Part shown: positions 29,031 to 40,617 of the stretch, piece after piece
Layout of the letters: each line of letters opens with the position of its first letter
Numbering within the stretch: position 1 is the stretch's first letter
Assembly: GCA_049587975.1 (NCBI GenBank)
Contig: JBAVEY010000016.1
Span: forward strand, 1 to 47,546
Length of the DNA: 47,546 bases
Direction of reading: 5' to 3'
Origin: Actinomycetota bacterium
GTDB lineage: Bacteria; Actinomycetota; UBA4738; HRBIN12
Program-made: the position numbers and the translations under genes
The notes under the pieces: generated by a model
What the model was told of the DNA's origin: nothing
Databases searched by the model: none
The model's input: the letters and a program-made list of their open reading frames with translations, nothing else

Positions 29031-29065
29031 CTCGTCCTTCGGTTCGTCCTTCGGCTCGTCCCGGG
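29031..29065. repeat. about 2.9 tandem copies of a 12-bp unit (YTCGTCCTTCGG) in the 5' region of the cNMP-binding gene
   Basis: Copies are ctcgtccttcgg (29031-29042), ttcgtccttcgg (29043-29054) and the partial ctcgtcc-cggg (29055-29065). On the coding strand this reads CCGAAGGACGA(A/G) directly upstream of the SD. Confidence 0.7.
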
Positions 29066-29144
29066 CTCAGTCGGCCGGATCGCCCGACGGGCACGCGATC
29101 CTATCGCGATCGGATCGGCGGACGCGAACCGCTAGGATGGACGC

Positions 29145-29309
29145 GTGAGCGAACGGCGCCGGATCGCCGCGATCCTCGTCCTGTTCCTGATCGGGTTCGG
29201 CCTGATCGGGCTGGCGAACGCCCTGGACTCGACCTGGCCGTTGTTCGTCACGGTGATCCCCTACGCGGTGATCCCCTGGCTCGTCGTCCACGCAGACGAG
29301 CCGGCGTAG
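29145..29309 (+). CDS. possible 54-aa two-TM membrane protein
   Basis: GTG start. Sequence VSERRRIAAILVLFLIGFGLIGLANALDSTWPLFVTVIPYAVIPWLVVHADEPA. GC3 is high. It falls below the ORF-track length cutoff. Confidence 0.35.
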   Translation: MSERRRIAAILVLFLIGFGLIGLANALDSTWPLFVTVIPYAVIPWLVVHADEPA

Positions 29310-29319
29310 GCGCCCCGGA

Positions 29320-30327
29320 TCAGGCGGCTCGGCCCGGGTCGAGATACCCGCCCATCGTGAGCGCCATCAGCGCTTTGCCGGTGTGCATCCGGTTCTCCGC
29401 CTCGTCGTACACGACCGACCGCGGGCCGTCGATGACCTCGTCCGTGACCTCGTTCCCCCGGTCGGCCGGCAGGCAATGCATGTACAGGGCGTCCGGCTTG
29501 GCGAGCGACATCCGGCGCGCATCGCAGATCCAGTCCCGGTACGGCGTGGCGGCGGCCGCCGACGCATCGGAGAACGCGTCGAGCCGCCCCCACGACTTCG
29601 GGTAGACGACGTCGGCGCCGGCGAACGCGGCCTCCATGTCGTCCGTGTACTCGATCGAGCCACCCCCGCTCCGCGCCGAGGCCTCCGCACGCTCGCGGAC
29701 CTCCGGCATGACCTCCCACCCCGGCGGATGGGCCAGCACCACGTCGATCCCGAACCGCGGCAGCAAGGAGAGCAGGCCCTGCGCCACCGACAACGGCTTC
29801 GCGTAGGAGGGCGCGAACGCCCACGACACGGCGACCCGGAGGCCGCGGAGATCGTCCCCCCGATGCTCCCGGAGCGTCATGAGGTCGGCGAGCGTCTGGG
29901 TGGGGTGGTCGACGTCGCACTGCAGGTTGATCACCGGGACCTCGGCGTGACGGGCCACCTCACGCATGTAGGCGTTGCCCTCGTACGGGACCAGGTCGTG
30001 GCGGATCGCGATCCCGTGGCCGTACCTCGACAGGATGATGCCCATGTCCTTCGGGCTCTCCCCGTGGGCGACTTGGGTCTTGTCGGCGTCGAGGAAGTGC
30101 GCGTGACCGCCGAGCTGGGTCATCCCCGCCTCGAAGGCGTTCCGTGTTCGCGTGGACCTGTCGAGGAACAGCATGAAGAGCGTCTTGTCGGGGAGCAGCC
30201 GGTGCGGCTCGCCGGCCTTGAACCGCGCCTTGAGCTCGCCCGCGACGGCGAGCGCCTCGTCGATCTCCTCGGTCGACCAGTCGATCGTCTCGATGTAGTC
30301 CCGTCCACTGAGCGTCTTCCTGTCCAT
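29320..30327 (-). CDS. ygeW: knotted carbamoyltransferase, YgeW type
   Basis: Contains DRSTRTRNAF, GNAYMREV, NLQCDVDHPTQTLADL, SWAFAPSYAKPLSVAQG, VVYPKSWG and ALYMHCLPAD. These match my recollection of E. coli YgeW block for block. The SD GGAAGG precedes ATG 30327. Confidence 0.85.
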   Translation of the reverse strand: MDRKTLSGRDYIETIDWSTEEIDEALAVAGELKARFKAGEPHRLLPDKTLFMLFLDRSTRTRNAFEAGMTQLGGHAHFLDADKTQVAHGESPKDMGIILSRYGHGIAIRHDLVPYEGNAYMREVARHAEVPVINLQCDVDHPTQTLADLMTLREHRGDDLRGLRVAVSWAFAPSYAKPLSVAQGLLSLLPRFGIDVVLAHPPGWEVMPEVRERAEASARSGGGSIEYTDDMEAAFAGADVVYPKSWGRLDAFSDASAAAATPYRDWICDARRMSLAKPDALYMHCLPADRGNEVTDEVIDGPRSVVYDEAENRMHTGKALMALTMGGYLDPGRAA

Positions 30328-30350
30328 GTCACTGCCTTCCGTTTCGGTGA

Positions 30351-31367
30351 TCAGAACTGACCCTTCGCGAAGGCCTGGATCGTGGCTGGCACGTCGGGAC
30401 CGAGCGGGTACAGGACCGGGCAGGTGCACCCGTTATCGACGTACTCCCGCACCTTGGCGCGACACTCGTCCGCCGTGCCCGATGCCGTGATGAGCTGCAC
30501 GACCTCGTCGGGGACCAGTCGCATCGCCCGGCGGATCTCCTCGGGCCCGGCGGGCCACGTGAGGACCTCGCCGATCTCGTCGAGCAACGAGCGGTCCACG
30601 CCGCTCGCCTCCATGATGTGCGGCTGCTGACCCAGGTACTGCGTGACCAGCTCGCGGGCCCGGTCGAGTGCCACCTCGCGGTCTTCGTCGAGCGAGCACA
30701 CCACGAGCTGCGGCCGATCCACCTCCTCGATCGTTCGGCCCGCCCGAGCTGCGCCGTCGGCGAGCGCGGCCAACGCCCTGTGGTTGTAGGCCGGTCCGAC
30801 CAGGTAGTTGAGGAGCACGCCGTCGCCGATCTCCCCGGCGAGGGCAACCATCCGCATCCCGGTGGCGCCGATGTAGATCGGGACGTCCTTCGGCGAGCGG
30901 CTCCCGTGCACGATGTCGATCTCGATGTCATCGACGTCGACGAACCGCCCGTGGAAGCTCACGCGTTCCATCGCGAGGAGCTTGCGGACGGTCTCTACCG
31001 TCTCTCGCATGGCCTGCAGGTGGTGGTGGCGGCGGATGCCCACCTTCCTCGCGAGCGGGTCCCACCAGGCGCCGATGCCGAGGATCACCCTCCCGGGCGC
31101 GAGGTCGTCGAGCGTCGAGAACGTCGCGGCCAGCAGGCCGACGTTCCTCGTCCAGTTGTTCACCACGCCCGAGCCGACCCTGATGCGGTCCGTGACGGCC
31201 GCGTACGCGGCCATCGGGACGGTGGCCTCCCGCACCAGACGACTCTCCGCCTGCCAGACGGCCTCGAACCCGCACTCCTCCGCGATCTGCGCGTAGCGCA
31301 TCCCGTCGGCGATCGGATGCGCGTCCTGCAGGTACAGCCCGACCCGGCCCTGGCTCGATACCGTCAT
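30351..31367 (-). CDS. LLM-class (luciferase-like) flavin/F420-dependent oxidoreductase
   Basis: 338 aa of TIM-barrel LLM character ([26 protein letters not shown], a C-terminal region ending ...[17 protein letters not shown]). ATGA overlap with the ssnA-like stop. Confidence 0.85.
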   Translation of the reverse strand: MTVSSQGRVGLYLQDAHPIADGMRYAQIAEECGFEAVWQAESRLVREATVPMAAYAAVTDRIRVGSGVVNNWTRNVGLLAATFSTLDDLAPGRVILGIGAWWDPLARKVGIRRHHHLQAMRETVETVRKLLAMERVSFHGRFVDVDDIEIDIVHGSRSPKDVPIYIGATGMRMVALAGEIGDGVLLNYLVGPAYNHRALAALADGAARAGRTIEEVDRPQLVVCSLDEDREVALDRARELVTQYLGQQPHIMEASGVDRSLLDEIGEVLTWPAGPEEIRRAMRLVPDEVVQLITASGTADECRAKVREYVDNGCTCPVLYPLGPDVPATIQAFAKGQF

Positions 31368-32695
31368 CGCGATCCCGTCCTCGGTTCGAACGGATGGGGG
31401 CCGATCCGCTGGAGCTGGTCCCACAGCCGACGCGACTCCACGGCCGCCTTCGCCGCCAGCTCCTCCTGGTCGACGTTCATCAGCCGCCGATCCCGAACCA
31501 CCACGTCGCCGCCGACGAGCACGTCGCGCACGTTCCTGGACGACAGACCGAACACCCAGTGCCCGGGGAAACTCACCGCGTCGAGCGGCGCCGGAGGCTC
31601 GTACTCGAGGACGACCAGGTCCGCCGGTGCCCCCGGCACGATCGATCCGAGCGCGGGCTCCCCGAAGATCCCGCCCGCGAGACGCGCACCCTCGGCGAGG
31701 CGCGCGAGCGGCCATCCGGGCGTCGCGTCCAGGCCCTCCTCCCGCAGGCGCAGGAACGCGGTCCGCGACTCCTCGAACAGGTCGGCGCCGATCCCGTCGG
31801 TCCCGAGCGCCACCCGATCCAGCTCGGCGAGCTGTGGGCGGCCGACCGCGTTGTGCATGTTCGACCGTGCGTTGTGCGCGACCGTCGCGCCCGCCTCGCG
31901 GACCACGCCGGCCTCCCGCTCGTCCAGATGCACGCCGTGCGCGAGCAGTGACCGACGATCGAGGGCTCCCTCGAGCAGGAGCCGCTCCGCGACGCGCACG
32001 CCGAACCGCGCCTCGCAGTCGCGTTCGTCGACCGCATCTTCCGCGACGTGGATGTGGATCCCGACCTCCGCGCCGCGAGCGACCTCGACGCAGGCCGCCA
32101 GGGTCTCCGGCTCGAGCGTGAACGATGCGTGCCCGCCGACCATCCCGCGCGCGAGCGACCGGTGGTTCGCGGCCAGGAAGCGTCGGTTCTCCTGGACGCC
32201 GGCCGTCGCACGTTCGGGGCCGTCGCGGTCGGTGACCTCGTAGGACAGGACCGACCGGAGCCCGAGCGAACCGAACGCGTCCGCGATCACGTCGAGCGAT
32301 CCGTCGATCGCGTTCGGCGAGGCGTGGTGGTCGACCAGGGTCGTCGTGCCGACGAGCAGCGCCTCCATCCCGCCGACCAGCGCCGCGGCGCGCACCGTGT
32401 CCTCGTCCAGCGCGCGGTCGAGCCGCCACCAGACGCGCTGCAAGATCTCGAGGAAGTTCGCCGGCGGCTCGAGCTCGAACGGCATCCCGCGCGCGAGCGC
32501 CGAGTACACGTGGGTGTGTGCGCAGACGTTGCCGGGGATCACCACGCATCCGGAGCAGTCGATCGAACGCTCGGGCCCCGCGAGGGACGAACCCACCGCA
32601 GCCACGCGGCCATGTCGGATCAGGACGTCGGCATCCTCGACCGCGACGGGGTCGAGCGAGGTGACGACCCGGGCCCCCGCCAACACGATGCTCAT
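31364..32695 (-). CDS. ssnA: SsnA-type aminohydrolase (amidohydrolase superfamily)
   Basis: Contains [54 protein letters not shown] and [13 protein letters not shown]. This closely parallels my recollection of E. coli SsnA. ATGA overlap with the xdhD-like stop. Confidence 0.85.
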   Translation of the reverse strand: MSIVLAGARVVTSLDPVAVEDADVLIRHGRVAAVGSSLAGPERSIDCSGCVVIPGNVCAHTHVYSALARGMPFELEPPANFLEILQRVWWRLDRALDEDTVRAAALVGGMEALLVGTTTLVDHHASPNAIDGSLDVIADAFGSLGLRSVLSYEVTDRDGPERATAGVQENRRFLAANHRSLARGMVGGHASFTLEPETLAACVEVARGAEVGIHIHVAEDAVDERDCEARFGVRVAERLLLEGALDRRSLLAHGVHLDEREAGVVREAGATVAHNARSNMHNAVGRPQLAELDRVALGTDGIGADLFEESRTAFLRLREEGLDATPGWPLARLAEGARLAGGIFGEPALGSIVPGAPADLVVLEYEPPAPLDAVSFPGHWVFGLSSRNVRDVLVGGDVVVRDRRLMNVDQEELAAKAAVESRRLWDQLQRIGPHPFEPRTGSR

Positions 32696-35337
32696 CGAGT
32701 GCCTTCCCGCGCCGCGGCGACCAGCCGTGGAGCCCGCCTCCGGGCCGCGGCGGCGAGCCGCGGGACGGCGGCGCGCGCCGCGGGCGAATCCTTCATCGGC
32801 AGCCGCGTCCGACGGATGCCGTCGAACGCGTACAGCGCGCCGGCGACCGCCGAGGCCGTCGGAACCAACGGTCCCTCGCCGACGCCCTTCGCGCCGTAGG
32901 GGCCCTCCGGCTGCGGCTCCTCCACCAGGATGCACTCGACCTCGGGCATCCCGGCCGGGGGGATGATGTTCAGCGACTTCAACGTGTCGGTCCTCGGCAC
33001 GCCGCCCTCGACCACGAACTCCTCGCTCAGCGCGTGGCCGAGACCCATGTGGATCGCCCCCTCGATCTGGCCCTCGATCAGCGTCGGGTTGATGGCCCGG
33101 CCCACGTCGTGCGCCGCCACCACCTTCACGAGGCGGCCCTCGTCGTCCAGGACGGCCACCTGCGTACACCACCCGTACGCGAGGTGGGTCACGGGCTCGG
33201 GGACATCGCTCTCGCTGGTCCAGTCGACGAGGAACTCACCCGAGAAGTCCCGGCCGGCGAGGTCCTGCATCGTCCCTCCGTCCAGCGCGGCCCGGAGCTC
33301 GCGAGCCGCCTCGATCACGGCCCGACCCCCGAGCGTGGTCGAACGTGACGCGGTCGTCTGCCCCGTGTCGAGCTCGCGCTCGGTGTCCACGCGGACCCGC
33401 ACGCGATCGGGCGTGAGCCCGAGCTCCTCGCACGCGATCTGCTGGAGCACGGTGTGGACGCCCTGGCCCATCTCGGTCCACGAGTGGAACAGCGTCACGG
33501 TGCCGTCGGCCTCGGGCCGCAGGATCGCCCGACCCCGCTCGGGGACGCCGTTGCCGATGCCGGTGTTCTTGACCCCGCAGGCGATGCCCGCGTACCGGGC
33601 CGTTCGGTAGGCGTCCCGAACCGCGAGCAGCGTCTCCTTCAGGCCGACGCCGGGACCGAGCACCTGTCCCGTGCCGAACCGGTCCCCGACGTCAAGGGCG
33701 TTCCGCCACCGGATCTCCCACCCGTCGATCCCGACCTCCTCCGCCAATCGGTCGAGCACGCCCTCCATCGCGAAGTTGGTCTGGTGCACACCGAACCCGC
33801 GCATCGCCCCGCACGGCGGGTTGTTCGTGTAGACGGCGCGCGCCTCGACGTCAACGTTCGGCACGCGGTACGCGCTGCACGCGTGACCCGCCGCCCGCTC
33901 CAGGACCTTGTCGCCCACGCTCGCGTAGGCGCCGGTGTCGCCGACGATCCGCGCCCGCACCGCGACCAGGTGCCCGTCCTCGTCGCACCCGGCCGTGTAC
34001 TCCATCGTGAGCGGATGGCGCTTCGAGTGGAAGGACAGGCTCTCCTTCCGCGACAACGAGAGCAAGACCGGGCGGCCGGTGCGGAGCGCGAGCAACGCCG
34101 CATGCCCCTGGACGTTGAGGTCCTCCTTCGCGCCGAACGCACCACCGGCAGAGACCTGCGTCACGCGGACGCGCTCTTCGGGAACCCCCAGGAACGAGGC
34201 CACCTGCCGGCGGTCCTCCCAGACGCCCTGACCGTCCGAGTAAACGTGGATGCGGGGGCCCTCGTCGCCGTGCGGCCCGGGGACGGCCAGCGACGACTCG
34301 GGCTCGAGGAAGGCGTGTTCGACGAACTGGGTTCGGAAGGTCTCGGTCACCACGTGCGCCGCCTCGCGGAGGGCGGCGTCGACGTCGCCGCGCTTCACCT
34401 CGGACGTGGAGAGCAGGTTGCCGCCCGGGTGCAGCTGGGGTGATCCGGCGGCGAGGGCCTCGAACGGGTCGGTGACCGGCGGGAGGTCCTCGTACTCGAC
34501 CTCGATCAGCGCCGCCGCCTCGCGGGCGCCCTGACGGGTCTCCGCGGCGACCGCGGCCAGCACGTCCCCGACGTACGACGTGATCTCACCCTCGGCCACG
34601 AACTGCCGCCAGTCCCGCGTGAGCACGCCCTGCGTCCGTTCGCCGGCGACGTCCTTCCAGGTGGTCACCGCGACCACGCCCGGAAGGGCCTCGGCCTTCG
34701 CGGTGTCGATCCGCAGGATCCGTGCCCGGGGGCGTCCGGCGAAGCGGATAGCGCCATGCAGCATCCCGGGGACCACCAGGTCGTTGACGAACGGCCGATC
34801 GCCCAGGGCCAGCAGCTCGCCCTCGTACTTTCCGGTCCGTGAGCCCACCCTGCCGCTCCGGTCGACCTCCAGCGTCCGATCGCCGCGCCGGGCGGCCGCG
34901 GCCGCCTGGACCGCGTCGATGATCTTCACGTAGCCCGTGCACCGGCACAGGTTCCCGGCGAGCGCGTGCGCGATCTCGTCGCGCGAGGGCGCGGGACGCT
35001 TGTCGAGCAGCACCTGCCCCCTCATGACGATCCCCGGCGAGCAGAACCCGCATTGCGCGGCCCCCGACGCCACGAACGCGTCGGCCCACAGGGCGCGAAC
35101 CTCGTCCGAGAGTCCCTCCTGCGTGACGACGCTCCGGCCCGCCGCCCGCTCGGCGGGCTGCGCGCACGACACCACCGCCTTGCCGTCGACGATGACGGTG
35201 CACGCGCCGCAGGACCCCTCCGGTGCGCAGCCGTCCTTCATCGAACGCAGCCCACAGCCCTCGCGCAGCACGTCGAGGAGCGTGGTGCCTTCCCGGAGGG
35301 GGACCTCCGCCATACGGCCGTTCAGGGTGAACCGCAT
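32692..35337 (-). CDS. xdhD: molybdopterin hydroxylase with fused N-terminal [2Fe-2S] domains (XdhD-like, 881 aa)
   Basis: Contains [19 protein letters not shown] and CRCTGY, then an aldehyde oxidase/xanthine dehydrogenase Moco domain ([14 protein letters not shown]...). No FAD subunit gene is adjacent. Confidence 0.9.
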   Translation of the reverse strand: MRFTLNGRMAEVPLREGTTLLDVLREGCGLRSMKDGCAPEGSCGACTVIVDGKAVVSCAQPAERAAGRSVVTQEGLSDEVRALWADAFVASGAAQCGFCSPGIVMRGQVLLDKRPAPSRDEIAHALAGNLCRCTGYVKIIDAVQAAAAARRGDRTLEVDRSGRVGSRTGKYEGELLALGDRPFVNDLVVPGMLHGAIRFAGRPRARILRIDTAKAEALPGVVAVTTWKDVAGERTQGVLTRDWRQFVAEGEITSYVGDVLAAVAAETRQGAREAAALIEVEYEDLPPVTDPFEALAAGSPQLHPGGNLLSTSEVKRGDVDAALREAAHVVTETFRTQFVEHAFLEPESSLAVPGPHGDEGPRIHVYSDGQGVWEDRRQVASFLGVPEERVRVTQVSAGGAFGAKEDLNVQGHAALLALRTGRPVLLSLSRKESLSFHSKRHPLTMEYTAGCDEDGHLVAVRARIVGDTGAYASVGDKVLERAAGHACSAYRVPNVDVEARAVYTNNPPCGAMRGFGVHQTNFAMEGVLDRLAEEVGIDGWEIRWRNALDVGDRFGTGQVLGPGVGLKETLLAVRDAYRTARYAGIACGVKNTGIGNGVPERGRAILRPEADGTVTLFHSWTEMGQGVHTVLQQIACEELGLTPDRVRVRVDTERELDTGQTTASRSTTLGGRAVIEAARELRAALDGGTMQDLAGRDFSGEFLVDWTSESDVPEPVTHLAYGWCTQVAVLDDEGRLVKVVAAHDVGRAINPTLIEGQIEGAIHMGLGHALSEEFVVEGGVPRTDTLKSLNIIPPAGMPEVECILVEEPQPEGPYGAKGVGEGPLVPTASAVAGALYAFDGIRRTRLPMKDSPAARAAVPRLAAAARRRAPRLVAAAREGTR

Positions 35338-35490
35338 CGAGACACCCTTCCCGCATCGGGCCTCGGGCCGCTCGCTGATCGAGCCTAGCCCCCGCCCCAC
35401 CGCCCGAACGGGGGCCGGTCGCCCCGCTCGGGACGGGGAGTCCGGCCCGACCCGGGCGGACGGCTGGAGCCGACACTTGCGGTGCCCCGA

Positions 35491-35506
35491 ATCGGCGATC
35501 GCCGAT
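35491..35506. promoter_or_regulatory. perfect 16-bp palindrome ATCGGCGATCGCCGAT in the divergent promoter region
   Basis: Lies in the 214-bp spacer between the xdhD-like (-) and PLP (+) operons, 45 nt upstream of ATG 35552. Confidence 0.4.
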
Positions 35507-35551
35507 GGGTTGAGACCGACGCGGGTGCTCGGACGCGAGCAGGAGGAGCCG

Positions 35552-37047
<1,496 letters not shown>

Positions 37048-37051
<4 letters not shown>

Positions 37052-38391
37052 GCGACCTCCCGAGCTCGCTGATCTGCTCCGGGTGCGGCTCTGCCGCAGG
37101 TCCCGAGGACCCGTACCCGTTCCGGTGCCCGAACGCCGGCCGGGCGGACGACGTCGACCACGTCCTGGTCCGCATCCTGGAGACGCCCGAACTGTCGTGG
37201 CCCGACGACGGGGGCGAGTCGAACCCCTTCCTGCGCTACCGGTCGCTCCTGCGCTCCTACCATCTGGCTCGCGCTCGAGGGATGGGCGACGACGAGGTGC
37301 GGGAGCTGATCTCGGACCTGGACATGCGGGTGGCGGCGGTGGATGGGCACGGGTTCCGCGCGACGCCGTTCACGCGGTCGGCCGAGCTCGGCAGGCGGCT
37401 TCGAGCCGCCACCGGCGGCGTGTGGGTGAAGGACGAGACCGGCAACGTGTCGGGCTCGCACAAGGCCCGTCACCTGATGGGGCTCGCTTTGCACCTGGAG
37501 ATCGTGTCGCGGCTCGGACCGTCCGGTCCCGGGCCGCCACCGCCGCTCGCGATCGCGAGCTGCGGCAACGCCGCGCTGGCCGCGGCGGTCGTGGCCCGGG
37601 CGGCCGGGTGGCCCCTCGAGGTCTTCGTGCCCGAGGACGCCGACCTCGCCGTCGTGACGCGTCTGAAGGAACTCGATGCCCGCATCACGACCTGCCCCCG
37701 CGAGGAGGGAGCGAGCGGCGACCCGACCCACCGACGGCTCCGACGGGCGGTCGCGGACGGAGCCCTGCCGTTCACGTGCCAGGGCAGCGACAACGGCCTG
37801 GCGATCGAGGGGGGCGAGACGCTCGGGTGGGAGATCGCCGACGCGATCCGGGCCTCCGGGGAGCGACTCGACCGCGTGATCGTGCAGGTCGGTGGCGGGG
37901 CGCTCGCCAGCGCGGTCGCCGGCTCGTTCCGCGAGGCCGTGGCGCTCGGCGCGATGGCCTCGGTGCCGCGCATCGACACGGTGCAGGCTGAGGGCGCCGC
38001 CCCGCTGCGCCGCGCCTACGAGCGCGTCGCGGCGCGGATCAGGGCGGGCGAGCCCCGGGACGAGGCGATGCGGTACGCCGCGACGCACCGCTCGAGCTTC
38101 ATGTGGCCCTGGGAGCAGGAGCCGCGGAGCGTCGCGCGCGGGATCGTCGACGACGAGACGTACGACTGGCTCGCGGTCGTGGACGCGATGCTCGCCACCG
38201 GTGGCTCCCCCCTCGTGGTGAGCGAGGCGCAGCTCCAGGACGCGAACCGGCTGGGACGGGAGAGCACGGGGATCGACGTCGACCACACGGGGTCGGCCGG
38301 GCTGGCCGGCCTGCTTGCGCTCGCGCAGGACGGATCGATCGCGACCGACGAGGTGGTAGCGGTGCTGTTCACCGGCATCCGCCGAACCTGA
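37048..38391 (+). CDS. fold-type II PLP-dependent enzyme, threonine synthase-like
   Basis: N-terminal Cys cluster CSGCGS...FRCPNAG, PLP-lysine context [12 protein letters not shown], and [10 protein letters not shown]. The GTG start overlaps the upstream TGA (GTGA, 37048-37051). Confidence 0.8.
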
Positions 38392-38407
38392 AGGAGGAGG
38401 GAACGAC

Positions 38408-39364
38408 ATGCGCAGCTTCTTGGGACGAGACATCCTCTCGCTGAAGGACCTCGAGCGCGACGAGTACGCTCACGTGTTCGAGGTGGCCGACAAGCTCGCG
38501 CCGTTCGCGAGGGATCGGCGCAACGGGGAGCTCCTACGGGAGAAGACCCTGGTGACGGCCTTCTACCAGCCGAGCACCCGGACGCGCCTGGCCACCGAGG
38601 CCGCCATGCACCGGCTGGGCGGCCACGTGGTCGGGTTCTCGGACGCCAAGATGACCCGGGCGGGCGACTTCTACAGGGAGTCGATCAAGGACACGGTCCA
38701 CATGCTCGAGTACTACGGCGACGTGATCGCGATGCGGCACTTCGAGCAAGGCGCGCCCGCCGAGGCCGCCCGATGGGCCTCGGTGCCCGTCATCAACTGC
38801 GGGGACGGCTGGGGCGAGCACCCAACCCAGGTCCTGACCGACCTGTACACCACGTGGAAGGACAAGGGCCGGCTCGACGGGCTCACGTTCCTGCTCGTTG
38901 GCGACATGCGGATGCGGACGATGCACTCGATCCTGTACGCCTTCTCGCAGTTCGACGTGCGGGCCTTCGTGGTTGCTCCGCCGGAGATGTCGCTCCTGCC
39001 CGAGTTCACCGCCGAGCTCGACGAGCGCAACGTCCAGTACGAGGTCGCCGAGAGCGTGGAGAAGGTCATCGACCAGGCCGACGTGATCTACATGGAGCCC
39101 GTGGTCCAGGCCGACTACACGAAGTCGCTCGACGAGCGCGCCGCGGGCGAGCTCCCGACGACCGCCGACGCCTACCGCGTCACCCGGCAGCTCCTGCGTG
39201 ACCGGGCCAAGAGCGACGCGATCATCCTGCACTCGCTGCCGCGCATGGACGAGCTGCCGTCCGACGTCGATGCCACGCGTCACGCCCGCTACTGGTTCGA
39301 GGCCTTCAACGGCGTGGTGACGCGGATGGCGCTGCTCTCGCTGGTCCTCGGCGCCGAGGGGTAG
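38408..39364 (+). CDS. aspartate carbamoyltransferase-like transcarbamylase (atypical second-substrate motif)
   Basis: Contains PSTRTR, EHPTQ and HSLPRMDEL, as in ATCase catalytic chains. YMEPVVQADY replaces the canonical YMTRVQKER. The strong SD GAAGGAGGAGGG precedes ATG 38408. Confidence 0.85.
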   Translation: MRSFLGRDILSLKDLERDEYAHVFEVADKLAPFARDRRNGELLREKTLVTAFYQPSTRTRLATEAAMHRLGGHVVGFSDAKMTRAGDFYRESIKDTVHMLEYYGDVIAMRHFEQGAPAEAARWASVPVINCGDGWGEHPTQVLTDLYTTWKDKGRLDGLTFLLVGDMRMRTMHSILYAFSQFDVRAFVVAPPEMSLLPEFTAELDERNVQYEVAESVEKVIDQADVIYMEPVVQADYTKSLDERAAGELPTTADAYRVTRQLLRDRAKSDAIILHSLPRMDELPSDVDATRHARYWFEAFNGVVTRMALLSLVLGAEG

Positions 39365-39609
39365 ACGGCCACCGGCCGCCTCCTCGGGGCCGACTCCCTG
39401 AGGCGCCGTTCGACGCGCCCGAGGATGCGACGCTGCCGGGCGAGACGCTCCTCGAGGCGCTCCACGTGCAGCGCGATGCGCCTGCGCACGATCTCGGGAT
39501 CGTCGGCTCCCAGGAGCGCGCCGATGTCCTTGGGGGACATCCCACATGCGCGGAGCGCCACGATCGCCCACCCAGAGGCAGGTCCGTCCATCCTCTCGTT
39601 CATCGTCAT
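39289..39609 (-). CDS. possible small HTH-like protein coupled to the ECF41 sigma gene
   Basis: ATG 39609 overlaps the sigma stop (ATGA). The segment IVALRACGMSPKDIGALLGADDPEIVRRRI resembles a sigma region-4/LuxR-type HTH. The last 76 nt overlap the convergent ATCase-like gene, so the true extent is uncertain. Confidence 0.4.
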   Translation of the reverse strand: MTMNERMDGPASGWAIVALRACGMSPKDIGALLGADDPEIVRRRIALHVERLEERLARQRRILGRVERRLRESAPRRRPVAVYPSAPRTSESSAIRVTTPLKASNQ

Positions 39610-40550
39610 CGGCGGATCGCTGCCGGTCCCGCCGGGCCGACGTTCGCGCCGAGGTGCCGGAGCTTGTCCGGGTTGCTGACGAACCGTACCGTCTGCACGA
39701 GATCGTCGGCGATGTCCAGCGTCACCACGGCCACGGGCCGCCCCTCGGGGTCGAGGAACACGGCGCCCGGCTGTCCGTTGATCGCCACGGAACGCATCCC
39801 CGCCACCGCCAGTCGCTCTCGGTTCCTCTGGGCCGCGGGCCCGAGCAACAGGCGCGCGATCCGTTCCCTGCCGTAGACCGGACGCGGGAGCGCGGGGGCA
39901 CGGCCGCCACCGTCCCCGTACGCGACGACGTCCGCGGCGAGCAGGCTCTCGAGCCCGGCCGCGTCGCCCTTGGTCACCGCCTCGAAGAACCGCCGGGCGA
40001 GTTCCTCCCGTCGCATCCGTGAGGCCTGGAACCGCGGCCGCTTCGCCTCGATCTGACGACGCGCGCGCACGGCGATCTGGCGACAGTTCTGTTCGCTCTT
40101 GCCCACGATCGGAGCGATCTCGTCGTAGCCGTAGTCGAAGACCTCCCGCAGCAGGAAGACGGCACGCTCGACCGGCGAGAGGCTCTCGAGCAGGACCAGG
40201 AACGCCATCGAGAGCGAGTCCGCGGTCTCGGCATGTTGCGCGACGTCGGGAGCCGTGTCGGTGAGCAGCGGTTCCGGCAGCCAGGTGCCGACGTAGCGCT
40301 CCCGGCGAACGCGAGCCGAGCGGAGGTGGTCGATGCTGAGCCGCGTGGTGACCGCCGACAGGTACGCCTTCGGCGAGTCGACCACGGTCCCCCTCGCCGT
40401 CTCACGGTGGAAACGCAGGAACGCCTCCTGGACGATGTCCTCGGCCTCGCTCGCGGTGCCGAGCATCCGATAGGCGATCGAGAACATCAGCGGCCGCAGA
40501 TCCTCGTACAGCTCGCCCACGCGGGCCTCCCGTCGATCGCTAGCTCCCAT
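39606..40550 (-). CDS. ECF sigma factor, group ECF41 (SigJ-like) with a fused SnoaL-like C-terminal domain
   Basis: Regions 2 and 4 (DIVQEAFLRFH; FDYGYDEIAPIVGKSEQNCRQIAVRARR) plus a ~120-aa extension ending ..VRFVSNPDKLRHLG. No anti-sigma gene is adjacent. Confidence 0.85.
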   Translation of the reverse strand: MGASDRREARVGELYEDLRPLMFSIAYRMLGTASEAEDIVQEAFLRFHRETARGTVVDSPKAYLSAVTTRLSIDHLRSARVRRERYVGTWLPEPLLTDTAPDVAQHAETADSLSMAFLVLLESLSPVERAVFLLREVFDYGYDEIAPIVGKSEQNCRQIAVRARRQIEAKRPRFQASRMRREELARRFFEAVTKGDAAGLESLLAADVVAYGDGGGRAPALPRPVYGRERIARLLLGPAAQRNRERLAVAGMRSVAINGQPGAVFLDPEGRPVAVVTLDIADDLVQTVRFVSNPDKLRHLGANVGPAGPAAIRR

Positions 40551-40562
40551 GCTGCCACCTAT

Positions 40563-40589
40563 GACGAGATAGCCGCCTGATCCGTGACA
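40563..40589 (-). promoter_or_regulatory. ECF41-type promoter upstream of the sigma gene itself
   Basis: The minus strand reads TGTCACG-N16-CGTC (40589 down to 40563), ending 12 nt before ATG 40550. The reported ECF41 consensus, from memory, is TGTCACA-N16-CGTC. Confidence 0.5.
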
Positions 40590-40617
40590 CCTCCCTTCGC
40601 GGAGGCGGCCACTCCTC

